This document shows, piece by piece, positions 19,967 through 30,144 of a stretch of DNA of 64,000 nt. The notes beneath the pieces are model-generated. The model was not told where the DNA came from, ran no database searches, and saw only the letters and a program-made list of their open reading frames with translations. Where the stretch lies: the NCBI GenBank assembly GCA_947623655.1, contig CANQHG010000007.1:20390-84389 (forward strand). Direction: 5' to 3'. A program made the position numbers and the translations under genes. This DNA is from an uncultured Clostridia bacterium. GTDB lineage: Bacteria > Bacillota > Clostridia > Christensenellales > Borkfalkiaceae. How positions within the stretch are numbered: position 1 is the stretch's first letter; each line of letters starts with the position of its first letter.

Positions 19967-20227
19967 TCAGAGAGCGGCAAGCTTTTTCGCGAGCTTTGCC
20001 TTTTTATTCGATGCGTTGTTCTTGTGCAAAATACCCTTCGTAACAGCGGAGTCGATCGCGGAGACTGTCTCGGGATAGAGAGCAGTCGCCTGTTCCTTAT
20101 TGCCCGCTTCCACGGCTGCAAGGAACTTTTTGATCTGTGTTTTGAGCGCCGACTTCACGGCTTTGTTCTCGAGGGTCTTTTTTTCGGTGACAAGGACGCG
20201 TTTTTCAGCGGATTTGATGTTGGGCAC
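19967..20227 (-). CDS. rpsT: 30S ribosomal protein S20
   Basis: [32 protein letters not shown] start preceded by GGAAGGAG. The long upstream ORF extension is not coding. Confidence 0.9.
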   Translation of the reverse strand: MPNIKSAEKRVLVTEKKTLENKAVKSALKTQIKKFLAAVEAGNKEQATALYPETVSAIDSAVTKGILHKNNASNKKAKLAKKLAAL

Positions 20228-20350
20228 GATATTTCTCCTTCCTAAAGATGCTTTCTCTTGATAAATCTTGATTATTTTAGCATAAAATACATTGCTTGTA
20301 AACTGTTTTTTAATGGTATGCGGAAAAATTTTTGGAAAAAAGGAGAAAAA

Positions 20351-21145
20351 ATGCAGACGCAACGGCCCAAGATCGGCGTTTTCGACAGCGGAATAGGGGG
20401 ACTTACCGTTCTGAAAGAATGTTTTCGCATGTTTCCCACGGCAGAATATTATTATCTGGGCGACAACGAACGCGCTCCGTACGGAAACAGAAGCGAAAGG
20501 GAAATCGTCTCGTTTGTCGGCGAAGCGCTCGGAATATTTCAAACGCTCGGAGCGGACGCCGTTGTGCTTGCATGCAATACGGCGACGGCCGTCTGCCTCG
20601 AAGAGATGCGCCGAAAGTTTCCCTTTCCCATCATCGGTACGGAGCCCGCCGTCCGTCTCGCCGCAAAAGAATGTAAAAGATCGTTGGTTCTCTCTACTGT
20701 GCGTACCGCCGCGAGTGTGCGGCTCAAAAAACTCATCGATAGCGAGCGAAACTGTGAATTTACGGTGCTTCCGTGCGCCGATCTGGCGGCCGAGATCGAG
20801 CGTTGCATTGCGGAAAAGGGGGAGTTTGGGAAATTCGTCCACGCGCCGATCTATAATGGCCCAAAACCCGACGGCGTTGTGCTGGGATGCACCCATTACG
20901 TTTTTTTTAAGGACGAATTGGCAGCTATTTACGGTTGTAAGGCCTTTGACGGGAACGTCGGAGTGGCAAAATCGCTGTTTACGCTTTTTAATTTAGGGCG
21001 GACTGACCACCATGGATTTATCCAAAATCAAAACATTTGTTTTGAGAAAAATATAAAAGAATGGGCCGAAAAGCAGATAGTTTTTCTTGGAAACGCCAAA
21101 TATTTCAATGAAAAAATTTTTTACTCAAACATTTGTTTTAAGTAA
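20351..21145 (+). CDS. murI: Glutamate racemase
   Basis: [22 protein letters not shown] and GCTHY. ATG at 20351 follows AGGAGAAAAA. Confidence 0.9.
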   Translation: MQTQRPKIGVFDSGIGGLTVLKECFRMFPTAEYYYLGDNERAPYGNRSEREIVSFVGEALGIFQTLGADAVVLACNTATAVCLEEMRRKFPFPIIGTEPAVRLAAKECKRSLVLSTVRTAASVRLKKLIDSERNCEFTVLPCADLAAEIERCIAEKGEFGKFVHAPIYNGPKPDGVVLGCTHYVFFKDELAAIYGCKAFDGNVGVAKSLFTLFNLGRTDHHGFIQNQNICFEKNIKEWAEKQIVFLGNAKYFNEKIFYSNICFK

Positions 21146-21168
21146 GACTAAAAAAATAACGAGAATGG

Positions 21169-21220
21169 TGGAAAAAAATGGGCTCAAGTGGTTGACAAGC
21201 CCTAAAAAGCATGTTATAAT
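21169..21220 (+). promoter_or_regulatory. dcw promoter with three TGG repeats at 10-bp period (candidate MraZ operator)
   Basis: TGG at 21169, 21179 and 21189. TTGACA (21192-21197), 17 nt spacer, TATAAT (21215-21220), about 28 nt upstream of the mraZ ATG. Confidence 0.5.
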
Positions 21221-21247
21221 GAACGTACATTGAAAAGGAGGTGTCTT

Positions 21248-21697
21248 ATGGAGATGCAATTCGTGAGCGGAAAAGCGTATCACCAGCTTGATGCGAAAAA
21301 CCGTACGCGCATTCCGGCCAAATTCAAGAATTCGTTTCCGAAAGACGAAAAACTTTTCTTTGTCAAGTACATCAGCGGCTGCGTCGCGATCATGTGCGAC
21401 TCGGTCATGCAAAAAAAACTTCTCTCTTTCGGCGACGTCGATCCCGCCGACGAGGAGACTTACGACGCAAAACGGTATATGTATAGCGTCGTCGACGATT
21501 TGGTGGAAGACGGACAGGGCAGGTTTATGATCCCCAGAGAATATCGCGAGCATGCGGGTCTCAAGAAGGATCTTGTCTCCGTCGGTATGGGCGACTACAT
21601 CGAGATCTGGGACGAAACGGCGTTCGAAGAGAAGATGAAAGGAATGTCCGTTCAGACCGCGAACCGCATCAAGAAAGAATACAAGGAAAAACAATGA
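21248..21697 (+). CDS. mraZ: Transcriptional regulator MraZ
   Basis: LDAKNRTRIPAKF and a second SpoVT/AbrB-like half (GRFMIPREYREHAGL). ATG follows AAGGAGG. Confidence 0.9.
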   Translation: MEMQFVSGKAYHQLDAKNRTRIPAKFKNSFPKDEKLFFVKYISGCVAIMCDSVMQKKLLSFGDVDPADEETYDAKRYMYSVVDDLVEDGQGRFMIPREYREHAGLKKDLVSVGMGDYIEIWDETAFEEKMKGMSVQTANRIKKEYKEKQ

Positions 21698-22623
21698 GCG
21701 CTTACCATCACCCGATCATGCTCGATGAGGTGATAGAGGGGCTCAACATAAAGCCGAACGGGCTTTATTTCGACGGAACATGTGGCGGCGCGGGACATTC
21801 GTATGCGATCCTTGAAAAGGATCCCGCCGCAAGGCTTATTGCAACAGATAAAGACGCCGACGCCGTGGAAGAGGCGAACAAGCGTCTTGCACCGTTTGCG
21901 GGTCGGTACCGCTTGGTACGAACGGACTTCAAAAATTTTGAGGAAATTTTATCCCCCGACGATAGGCTCGACGGTTTTTTGTTGGATCTCGGCGTCTCTT
22001 CCCACCAGATAGATGACGCGGAACGGGGCTTTGCCTACCGAATCGCGGAAGCGCCCCTTGACATGCGCATGGACAAGCGCTCGGCGTTGACTGCGGCAGA
22101 CGTCGTAAACGGCTACGCCGAGGATCGTTTAAAACGTATTCTCAAAGAGTACGGCGAGGAGCCCTTTGCGGGGACCATAGCCCGCAGTATCGTGCGGGAG
22201 CGCCAAAAGGCACCGATTTCGACCTGTGGGGCGTTGAAAGAGATCGTGGAAAACAGCTTTCCGCCCAAATTCCGTTCGGCGGCATGTGCGCGGCAGACTT
22301 TTCAGGCGATTCGCATCGAGGTAAACGGCGAGCTCGAAGGGCTCGAAACGTGCATCAGAAAACTCATTGCAAGGCTCGGCAAGGGCGGGAGAGCGTGCGT
22401 TATTTCTTTCCATTCCTTGGAAGACAGGGTGGTAAAGAACGTGTTCAGAGATCTGTCCACGGCATGTACTTGTCCGAAAGATTTTCCCATCTGCGTATGC
22501 GGAAGGGTAAAACAGCTCGAGATCCTTACAAAAAAGCCTCTTATGGCTTCCGAACAAGAACAACAAGCCAATCCGCGCTCGAAAAGCGCAAAACTGAGAA
22601 TTGCCGAGAAAATTACAGAATGA
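21694..22623 (+). CDS. rsmH: 16S rRNA (cytosine1402-N4)-methyltransferase RsmH
   Basis: HPIMLDEV, DGTCGGAGHS, LLDLGVSSHQID and SFHSLEDRVVK. Confidence 0.94.
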   Translation: MSAYHHPIMLDEVIEGLNIKPNGLYFDGTCGGAGHSYAILEKDPAARLIATDKDADAVEEANKRLAPFAGRYRLVRTDFKNFEEILSPDDRLDGFLLDLGVSSHQIDDAERGFAYRIAEAPLDMRMDKRSALTAADVVNGYAEDRLKRILKEYGEEPFAGTIARSIVRERQKAPISTCGALKEIVENSFPPKFRSAACARQTFQAIRIEVNGELEGLETCIRKLIARLGKGGRACVISFHSLEDRVVKNVFRDLSTACTCPKDFPICVCGRVKQLEILTKKPLMASEQEQQANPRSKSAKLRIAEKITE

Positions 22624-22669
22624 ACGGGCAATTTGTCGAATACAATATTTTAACGAGGAGATAGGGGTC

Positions 22670-23401
22670 ATGGCACAGTCAGCTCTGCTTGAAAGAGAAT
22701 ATACGACGTCTCAAGAGGACGAAAAAAATACACCGGAAGCCATTGCACACAGAAAGAGAGGCAGCGAGATCTACAGGGAAGTGTTCGGCCAGAAAGATTT
22801 CAAACCGGAGGACGTCACTGCGGCGTTTTCTATGCCCGCGCCGTCCGCAAATGCGGCCGTCCTTACGGAAGCGCCCGCGTCTGCTCCCGCTGCTCCCGAG
22901 GCTCCGGCCCGCAGAGAGCTCTTTTCAAACTACGAATATAAAGATCATACGCTTTACAGGACGGATGTAACCGAGGATACGGCAACGGCTATACCTGAAG
23001 CGGCGCCCGCTTTCCGTCCCGAGACCGTTCCCGAGGCGGAAAATGAGGATCTTCTTCCCACGCGCCGCACGATGGAAATGCTTCAGCGCGGCGCACTCTA
23101 CAGGCCCGATACAGAGACCGAAATGAAGCAAGAGGAACGCGTCGGTTTCTTCGCGTCTTTGTCGGCAAAGACAAAGATGGTGCTTGCTATTGTTTCCGCT
23201 CTCATCGTGGTGGCGATCGCGCTCGTCTGTATCAATACGGGCATCATCAATTCGATCAAGTCGGGGATCACGTCAAAAGAAGAGGAGTTGCGTGGGCTCA
23301 CGGAATATTCCGAGGAACTCAACGGGCGCATCGAAGAGGTCACAGATCCCGCTTATGTCGATGACTATGCGGAGCACGAACTCGGAATGACGCGTTCTTA
23401 A
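22670..23401 (+). CDS. FtsL/DivIC-like cell division protein with a long Pro/Ala-rich N-terminal region
   Basis: Position between rsmH and the PBP gene. Single TM helix MVLAIVSALIVVAIALVCI followed by a short coiled coil. ATG at 22670 follows GAGGAG. Confidence 0.6.
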   Translation: MAQSALLEREYTTSQEDEKNTPEAIAHRKRGSEIYREVFGQKDFKPEDVTAAFSMPAPSANAAVLTEAPASAPAAPEAPARRELFSNYEYKDHTLYRTDVTEDTATAIPEAAPAFRPETVPEAENEDLLPTRRTMEMLQRGALYRPDTETEMKQEERVGFFASLSAKTKMVLAIVSALIVVAIALVCINTGIINSIKSGITSKEEELRGLTEYSEELNGRIEEVTDPAYVDDYAEHELGMTRS

Positions 23402-23465
23402 AAGGGAGGATTTTCCCATCAAAAATCAATATTCCGTAACGGTTTTACGAAAGAGGTTATTTGCC

Positions 23466-25163
23466 ATGTTATTGGTAATAGCCTTTATTTTTTGTCTTTT
23501 TTTGGGAAGATTCTTCTATATCCAGGTCGTTTGGAAAGATAAACTGCACTATCTCGCGCTCGATCAGTGGACAAGGGAAATTCCCGTCCATGCGGGGAGA
23601 GGGAACATTTACGATACAAACGGCGAACTTCTTGCGGGGAACACGGCGGCATACAGCGTCTATGCCCGCGCAAACGCAGTGGAAGACGCGGAAAGCGCTT
23701 CCGCCGTCCTTTCGGGTATCCTCGGGCTCGAGAGAGAAATACTCAAAGAGAAACTTTCCGATAAGAGCAAATCAGAGATCGTTTTATTGAGAAAGACAGC
23801 CAAAGAGACCGTGGAAGCTTTGGCGGGACAAAACATTCGGGGTGTGTATTATGCCCGTGACGATGTGCGGGTCTATCCTTACGGTGCGCTCGCTTGCCAA
23901 CTCCTCGGGTTTACTTCTTTCGACGGTTCGGGAACGACGGGTTTGGAAGGGTACTACAACGGTTTTCTCGCGGGAAAGGATGGCGAAATATTGTATGAGA
24001 CCGATCTCGTAGGGGTCGATCTCGAAAACGCTGTCGCCGCTTTTCTTCCTGCGGAAGACGGGTTGCATGTCAAGCTTACGGTGGATTTCCGCATTCAGTC
24101 CCTTGCGGAGCAAGTCATGGGCAAGGTGCTGTCCGAGACGCAGGCCAAAGCCGCGCGGGCGATCGTGCTCGATCCGTCCGATTTTTCGGTGCTTGCCATG
24201 GTAAATCTTCCGTCTTACGATCTCAACGAGATTCCGAGAGATGATATCCAAAAGCTCAACGCTCTTTCGCGAAACTCTCTCGTTTCGGACATCTACGAGC
24301 CGGGGTCTACGTTTAAGATCGTTACCGCCGCCGCCAATATCGAAGAGGGGCTGAAGGGCAACGCGAGTGCGCTCCCTTTAAACCACGTCTTCTCCTCTTC
24401 TCGTACGCGCATGGTGGACGGGACGACGATCAAGTGTTGGAGCGATCATCAGAACGGAAAACATTCCAATCAAACGCTTGCGGAAGCGTTGAACAATAGC
24501 TGTAATCCGTGCTTTGTGGATCTCGCGCTTGCATTGGGGAAAGAAACTTTCTACGAATATCTGAAAGCGTTCCAGTTCGGCAAGGCGACGGGCATTGATT
24601 TTTCGGGAGAGTCCATCGGCATGCTTCTCCCCGAGAGCATCGTCCGTGATTGCGATCTCGCGCGTATCGGCTTCGGCCAGACAATAGCTGTCAGCCCTCT
24701 TCAGCTCGCGTGCGCGGTCGCCTCCGCTGTCAATGGAGGATATTATTACGCGCCCCGCCTCGTGAAAGAGATTTTTTCGCAAGATGGGCGTGTAAAAGAA
24801 AATACGGAAACAAAACTCCTGCATCGCACGGTCAGCGAAGAGACGTCGGGCATTCTTTCCTCCATGCTCGAGGGAGTCGTGCGCGACGGAAGCGGGAAAA
24901 AAGCTTACATTGAGGGATACCGTGTTGCGGGAAAAACGGGAACAGCACAAAAGTATGAAAACGGTCGTATCGCGCAGGGGAAGTATGTCTCCTCGTTTGT
25001 GGGATATTTTCCCGCAAATGCGCCAAAATATCTTGCGCTCATTATTGTAGACGAACCGCAGGGGTCTTACTACGGCAGCACGGTCGCGGCACCCTGTGCA
25101 AAAGATATCTTTCAAGGCATCATCGATATGATGAAATTGCCCAAAACGGAGGTGGAGCCATGA
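23466..25163 (+). CDS. Class B penicillin-binding protein (FtsI/SpoVD-like transpeptidase)
   Basis: PBP dimer domain plus transpeptidase motifs STFK, SNN-type SCN and KTGT. AAGAGG lies 9 nt upstream of the ATG. Confidence 0.9.
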   Translation: MLLVIAFIFCLFLGRFFYIQVVWKDKLHYLALDQWTREIPVHAGRGNIYDTNGELLAGNTAAYSVYARANAVEDAESASAVLSGILGLEREILKEKLSDKSKSEIVLLRKTAKETVEALAGQNIRGVYYARDDVRVYPYGALACQLLGFTSFDGSGTTGLEGYYNGFLAGKDGEILYETDLVGVDLENAVAAFLPAEDGLHVKLTVDFRIQSLAEQVMGKVLSETQAKAARAIVLDPSDFSVLAMVNLPSYDLNEIPRDDIQKLNALSRNSLVSDIYEPGSTFKIVTAAANIEEGLKGNASALPLNHVFSSSRTRMVDGTTIKCWSDHQNGKHSNQTLAEALNNSCNPCFVDLALALGKETFYEYLKAFQFGKATGIDFSGESIGMLLPESIVRDCDLARIGFGQTIAVSPLQLACAVASAVNGGYYYAPRLVKEIFSQDGRVKENTETKLLHRTVSEETSGILSSMLEGVVRDGSGKKAYIEGYRVAGKTGTAQKYENGRIAQGKYVSSFVGYFPANAPKYLALIIVDEPQGSYYGSTVAAPCAKDIFQGIIDMMKLPKTEVEP

Positions 25164-26596
25164 AACTTTCAAAACTTGCCGTAGAGGGGGGCGGAACGCT
25201 CAGGGGTGCGGATATAGAAATTCGGTCGCTGTGCGCCGACAGCCGCGTGGCGGGAGAGGGGGATCTTTTCTTTTGTATCAACGGCACGCATGAAGACGCT
25301 CACCGTTATGCGGGTGAAGCGGAAAAAAGAGGCGCGGCCGCCCTCGTTTGCGAGAGGGAAACGGAGACGTCTCTCCCCTGTATTCTCGTGCCCGACTGCC
25401 GTGCCGCCATGGCGCGCATCGCGGCGGCATTTTACGGTCATCCCGAAAAATATATGACGATGATCGGCGTGACGGGAACAAACGGAAAAACAACTGTTAC
25501 GCACATGCTCTATTCCATTCTGACTGCGGCTGGAAAAAGAACGGGACTCATCGGAACGCTCGGGGCGAAATTCGGAAAAACAGTTCTTCCCGCTTCGCTC
25601 ACGACTCCCGATCCCATTTCTCTGTTTTCTTTGCTTGCGGACATGCGCCGCGAACACATCGAAGTCGTCGCGATGGAAGTTTCCGCTCATGCTCTCGCTT
25701 TAAAAAAAGATCGTCCGATCGTGTACGGAGGCGCGATTTTCACCAACCTCACGCAAGATCATCTTGATTTTTTCTCGGACATGCGCTCGTACGGCGAGGC
25801 CAAACTCTCTCTCTTTTCGCGTTGTCATCTTGCCATTGTGAACAGTGACGACCTTTTTTCGCCGAGAATTGCCGAAAGGGCTCCGCAAACGCTCACATAC
25901 GGGCTCGACGGCCCGGCCGACTGCTTCGCCATGATCGAGGAGGAGTCCCTCGGCGGGATCAGGGCGCTTCTGAACTTGGAAGACGACCTGTGCGAGATCG
26001 ATCTTCCGATGACGGGCCGCCATAACGTCGCCAATGCCCTTGCGGCCGCCGCATGTTGCAAGAGGTTGGGCGTGAGCATGGAAAAGATCGCAGAGGGACT
26101 CTCGGATGTGCATGTCGAGGGAAGGCTTGAGCATGTGGGGAGCATCAACGGCGCAGAGCTCTTTGTGGATTTTGCGCACACGCCGGACGGTCTTGAAAAA
26201 TCGTTGAAAGCGCTGAAAAAACATGCTGCGGGCAAGCTCATTGCCGTGTTCGGCTGCGGCGGCAACCGTGACAGGGCCAAACGGCCCATTATGGGAGAAG
26301 TCGTAGCGAAAAATTGCGATTTTGCGGTCATTACATCGGACAATCCCCGCTTTGAAGATCCGTGCGCCATCATTTCAGAGATCGAGGCGGGCTATAAAAA
26401 GGTCAGCCGCGATTATGTTGCCGTCGAGGAGCGGGAAAAGGCGATCGCCTATGCCGTCGGAAAGCTCGGGAAAGGCGATATCCTTCTTGTTGCGGGAAAA
26501 GGGGGCGAGACAGAACAGGAGATCATGGGCGTAAAATACAGTTACAGCGATAAAGACGTTTTAAGGACTCTCATGGGGAGAGGAAATGCTCAATAA
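25160..26596 (+). CDS. murE: UDP-N-acetylmuramoyl-L-alanyl-D-glutamate--2,6-diaminopimelate ligase
   Basis: GVTGTNGKTT, Mur ligase middle and C-terminal domains, and DNPR (SDNPRFEDP) typical of MurE. Confidence 0.9.
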   Translation: MKLSKLAVEGGGTLRGADIEIRSLCADSRVAGEGDLFFCINGTHEDAHRYAGEAEKRGAAALVCERETETSLPCILVPDCRAAMARIAAAFYGHPEKYMTMIGVTGTNGKTTVTHMLYSILTAAGKRTGLIGTLGAKFGKTVLPASLTTPDPISLFSLLADMRREHIEVVAMEVSAHALALKKDRPIVYGGAIFTNLTQDHLDFFSDMRSYGEAKLSLFSRCHLAIVNSDDLFSPRIAERAPQTLTYGLDGPADCFAMIEEESLGGIRALLNLEDDLCEIDLPMTGRHNVANALAAAACCKRLGVSMEKIAEGLSDVHVEGRLEHVGSINGAELFVDFAHTPDGLEKSLKALKKHAAGKLIAVFGCGGNRDRAKRPIMGEVVAKNCDFAVITSDNPRFEDPCAIISEIEAGYKKVSRDYVAVEEREKAIAYAVGKLGKGDILLVAGKGGETEQEIMGVKYSYSDKDVLRTLMGRGNAQ

Positions 26597-27536
26597 ATTA
26601 TTGCTTTGCGTTCTCTTTTCTTTTCTTTTGTCTCTTGTGCTCTGCGCTGTGGAGATTCCGCTTCTCAAAAAGCTGAAAGCAGGCCAAAACATTCTGGAAT
26701 ATGTCAAGGAGCATAAAGATAAGGGCGGTACGCCTACGATGGGCGGGCTAGGGTTTGTGATCGCCGCCTGCACGGTTGTGCTCGTTTTGTGCGGCGTATC
26801 GGATAGACCCTTTACGGTGTGCGTTGCCGTGGGGGCGGGATATATGCTTGTCGGCTTGCTCGACGATCTTTTAAAGAAACTGCGCGGCAAAAATTTGGGG
26901 CTGAGACCATATCAGAAAATTGTTTTCCAGCTTGCTGTCGCCGTGATCGCAAGCATTTACGCATGTCGGAGCGGAAGAACGCTTCTTTTCTTGCCCTATA
27001 CGAAAACTGCGGTCGACATCGGTTGGTGGATATTGCCGCTCGGCGTATTTGTGTTCCTCGCCACTGTCAACAGCGTCAATCTTACAGATGGCTTAGACGG
27101 GCTGGCGGGTTCTTCGTGCGCCTTTTTCTTTTTATTTTTGGGATCGTTGCTTCTTCTGCAAGGGGAAAACGTCACGCCATGCCTTTGTTTTTGCCTGACG
27201 GGCGCGCTTGCGGCCTATCTTGTGTTCAACGTCTCCCGCGCGAGCGTTTTCATGGGGGACACGGGTTCTCTCGCCTTGGGGGGATTTGCGGCAAGTCTCG
27301 CCCTTTTTACGGGAAACGCGCTTGCCGTGCCTTTCCTCGGGTTTGTATTCGTTCTTTCAAGCATATCCGTCATTATACAGGTCATACACTATAAACGGAC
27401 AGGCAGACGGGTATTCCTGATGGCGCCCATTCACCATCATTTTCAGGAAAAGGGATTTTCCGAGGCGAAGATCTCCTATTGTTATGCGATCCTGACTGCG
27501 GTATTGGGTTTAACGCTTCTTCTTCCCTACGCCTGA
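26586..27536 (+). CDS. mraY: Phospho-N-acetylmuramoyl-pentapeptide transferase
   Basis: PTMGG, NLTDGLDGLA and APIHHHF. Confidence 0.94.
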   Translation: MLNKLLLCVLFSFLLSLVLCAVEIPLLKKLKAGQNILEYVKEHKDKGGTPTMGGLGFVIAACTVVLVLCGVSDRPFTVCVAVGAGYMLVGLLDDLLKKLRGKNLGLRPYQKIVFQLAVAVIASIYACRSGRTLLFLPYTKTAVDIGWWILPLGVFVFLATVNSVNLTDGLDGLAGSSCAFFFLFLGSLLLLQGENVTPCLCFCLTGALAAYLVFNVSRASVFMGDTGSLALGGFAASLALFTGNALAVPFLGFVFVLSSISVIIQVIHYKRTGRRVFLMAPIHHHFQEKGFSEAKISYCYAILTAVLGLTLLLPYA

Positions 27537-27575
27537 CTCTTGCGCGGGAAAAGCCGCGGAGAGGAGGAGAATTGA

Positions 27576-28964
27576 ATGCTTTATTCCGAGCAAGTGTTTC
27601 TGGTGGCGGGACTTTCCCGTTCGGGGATCGCGGCGAGCGAATTTCTGATCTCGCACGGTGCAAAAGTGTATGTGTATGACGATGTAGACGACGCAAACGT
27701 GCGCACAGCTGCGGAACATCTCAAAGAGATCGGCTGTATCAACGTCACAAAGGAAGAACTTGCGGAAAAGTCGGAGAAGTGCGACGTGCTCGTGCTCTCT
27801 CCGGGCATTCCCGTAGATCACCCGCTTCCAATCTCATTCAAGCGGGCGGGGAAACGTATCATCGGCGAGGCGGAACTCGGCGCTCTCAATTTGCGTTGCC
27901 CTTGCGTTGCCGTAACGGGGACAAACGGAAAGACGACGACGGTCTCCATGCTCGAGGCGATCTTCAAAGCGGCGGGGAAAAAGGGGATCGCATGCGGCAA
28001 TGTTGGAAGACCTCTCACGTCCTGCCTCGGCGAACTCGGCGAGGACGGCATTGCGATCGCGGAGATCTCGTCGTTCCAGCTTGAAACGCTCTATTCCCTG
28101 CGCCCGCACGTTGCAGTGATCCTCAATGTGACGGAAGACCATCTTAACCGCCACTATAACATGGAAAATTACATCTATCTGAAGTCCAGACTGCTCAAAA
28201 ATGCCGCGGAGAGCGAATTTGCCGTGTTGAATTACGACGATCCGATCGTCCGCGGTTTTGCGGAAAAGACAAAGGCGAAAGTTGTGTGGTTTTCTCTTTC
28301 GGAGAGGGTGGACGGCGCCTATGTGCAGGATAACAGTTTCTGTTACTTCGGGGAAAAACTGTTTTCTGTAGATGAGCTTTCTCTTGAAGGCGAACACAAC
28401 GTCGCCAACGCGCTTGCCGCGATCGCAGCCGCAAGATTGATGGGCGTCGGCAACACGGCTATCCGTACAGCGCTTAAGGAATTCCGCGGCGTAAAACATC
28501 GTCTCGAAAAGGTCGGCGAGATCAACGGCGTCACTTTTATCGACGACTCCAAGGCGACCAATGTCGATTCCGCCATCAAGGCAGTAGGCAGCGTTAAGGG
28601 AGAAAGCGTGCTTCTTCTTGGCGGCAAGGATAAGGGGTATTCTTATGAACCGCTCTTCGAGGTCTTGAAAACATCGGGCGTCGTCCATGCCGTCATCTAC
28701 GGCGAAAACGCTTTCCGCATTCTCAATGCAGCCCTCAAATGCGGTTATTCCGCCGTTACGCTGTGCCGTCCCTTCGATCTTGCTGTCCGCGTCGCCTATC
28801 TGATCTCCGAAAAGGGGCAAAATGTTCTTTTGTCTCCCGCGTCGGCAAGTTTCGACGCCTTTGCGAACTACGAGGAACGGGGAAAACGCTTCTGCGAACT
28901 CCTCGAAACATTCAAAAGGGAGGCACAGCCGTATGCAAAGACCCGCGGAGAGTACGACGAATAG
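27576..28964 (+). CDS. murD: UDP-N-acetylmuramoylalanine--D-glutamate ligase
   Basis: GLSRSG N-terminus, VTGTNGKTTT and DDSKATN. Confidence 0.93.
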   Translation: MLYSEQVFLVAGLSRSGIAASEFLISHGAKVYVYDDVDDANVRTAAEHLKEIGCINVTKEELAEKSEKCDVLVLSPGIPVDHPLPISFKRAGKRIIGEAELGALNLRCPCVAVTGTNGKTTTVSMLEAIFKAAGKKGIACGNVGRPLTSCLGELGEDGIAIAEISSFQLETLYSLRPHVAVILNVTEDHLNRHYNMENYIYLKSRLLKNAAESEFAVLNYDDPIVRGFAEKTKAKVVWFSLSERVDGAYVQDNSFCYFGEKLFSVDELSLEGEHNVANALAAIAAARLMGVGNTAIRTALKEFRGVKHRLEKVGEINGVTFIDDSKATNVDSAIKAVGSVKGESVLLLGGKDKGYSYEPLFEVLKTSGVVHAVIYGENAFRILNAALKCGYSAVTLCRPFDLAVRVAYLISEKGQNVLLSPASASFDAFANYEERGKRFCELLETFKREAQPYAKTRGEYDE

Positions 28965-30081
28965 AGAGCGAAAGGGGAGGGGCGACCTCCTCTTTTTGGG
29001 CGGCGTCATTCTTCTCGCAGGGCTCGGGCTCGTATTTGTATATTCCGCAAGTTCATACAATGCCAAAGTGCAGTACGGAGACGAATTTTTCTTTTTTAAA
29101 AAACAGCTCGTCGGTTTTGTCATCGGGCTGGTCTCCATGATCGCCGTCTCCTTTCTTCCGTATGAAAAACTCAAAAAAGGGGGGATCCCGGCCCTTGTCT
29201 TATCGCTGATCCTTCTTGCTCTCGTCTTTGTCCCGGGACTCGGCAAGAGCAATTACGGCGCGACGCGCTGGATCGGTTTCGGCTCTTTCACAATACAGCC
29301 GTCCGAGATCGCAAAATACGGCTTTGTGCTCTTTACGGCGGGATATTTTGCCAAAGATCCGGGTCGGATGCGCAAATTTACGGGTCTTCTGCCCGTTCTT
29401 TTCGCGGGACTCTCCGTTTGCGTGCTCATTATGCTCGAGCCGAACATGTCCGTGACGATGTGCGTGGGCGCGATTATGATCGGAATGATCTTTTTGGGCG
29501 GTGCGAGATGGAAGAGTCTCTTCGCTATTTGCGTCCCCGTGCTTCTGGCTGTCCCTGCGCTCATTATTGCGGAACCGTACCGCTTGCAAAGGCTCTCAGC
29601 CTATCTCGATCCGTGGGCGTCTCCGCGCGGAGAAGGGTATCAACTGATCCAATCCCTTTACGCGCTCGGAAACGGAGAATTTTTTGGGGTCGGGCTCTTC
29701 CGGTCACGCCAGAAATACCGTTTTCTTCCCTTTGCGGAGAGCGATTTCATCCTTTCGGTCATTGCGGAAGAGACGGGTTTTTTCGGGATTCTTCTTCTTT
29801 TTCTTCTCATCGGTTTTCTCGTGTGGAGAGGGTTCCGCATCGCGAGAAATTGCAAGGATTTTTACGGCTACATGCTTGTCTCAGGCATCACGCTCGCTTT
29901 CGCCGTACAGTCGGCGCTCAATGCGCTCGTCGTCAGCGGGACAATTCCGCCCACGGGACTGCCTCTCCCGCTCATTTCGGCGGGAAACACGTCTCTCATT
30001 GTCACAATGACGGGCATGGGGGTCGTGTACGGGGCGTCAAGGCACAATGAAGTGCGATCTCCACATAAAATATACAAATAA
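28933..30081 (+). CDS. ftsW: SEDS-family peptidoglycan glycosyltransferase FtsW/SpoVE
   Basis: IQPSEIAKY, ESDFILSVIAEETGF and PLPLISAGNTS. ATG at 28933 follows GGGAGG and overlaps the murD end. Confidence 0.9.
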   Translation: MQRPAESTTNRERKGRGDLLFLGGVILLAGLGLVFVYSASSYNAKVQYGDEFFFFKKQLVGFVIGLVSMIAVSFLPYEKLKKGGIPALVLSLILLALVFVPGLGKSNYGATRWIGFGSFTIQPSEIAKYGFVLFTAGYFAKDPGRMRKFTGLLPVLFAGLSVCVLIMLEPNMSVTMCVGAIMIGMIFLGGARWKSLFAICVPVLLAVPALIIAEPYRLQRLSAYLDPWASPRGEGYQLIQSLYALGNGEFFGVGLFRSRQKYRFLPFAESDFILSVIAEETGFFGILLLFLLIGFLVWRGFRIARNCKDFYGYMLVSGITLAFAVQSALNALVVSGTIPPTGLPLPLISAGNTSLIVTMTGMGVVYGASRHNEVRSPHKIYK

Positions 30082-30144
30082 AACGCGGAGCCCCGCCATG
30101 CAGGGTCTTTCTCTGCGTTTTCAGAAATACATGAGGAGATAACC

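Noticed and set aside
23403-23465. Upstream in-frame extension of the PBP gene (IKNQYSVTVLRKRLFA) behind a strong AAAGGGAGGA
   Set aside because: The extension contains no ATG, GTG or TTG codon, only ATC. The ATG at 23466 has its own AAGAGG SD at good spacing. I kept 23466 but the start remains somewhat uncertain.
27834-29252. 472-aa ORF antisense to murD/ftsW
   Set aside because: It is a shadow ORF opposite two well-supported dcw genes. Its composition is Arg/Ala-rich and low-complexity, typical of antisense frames.
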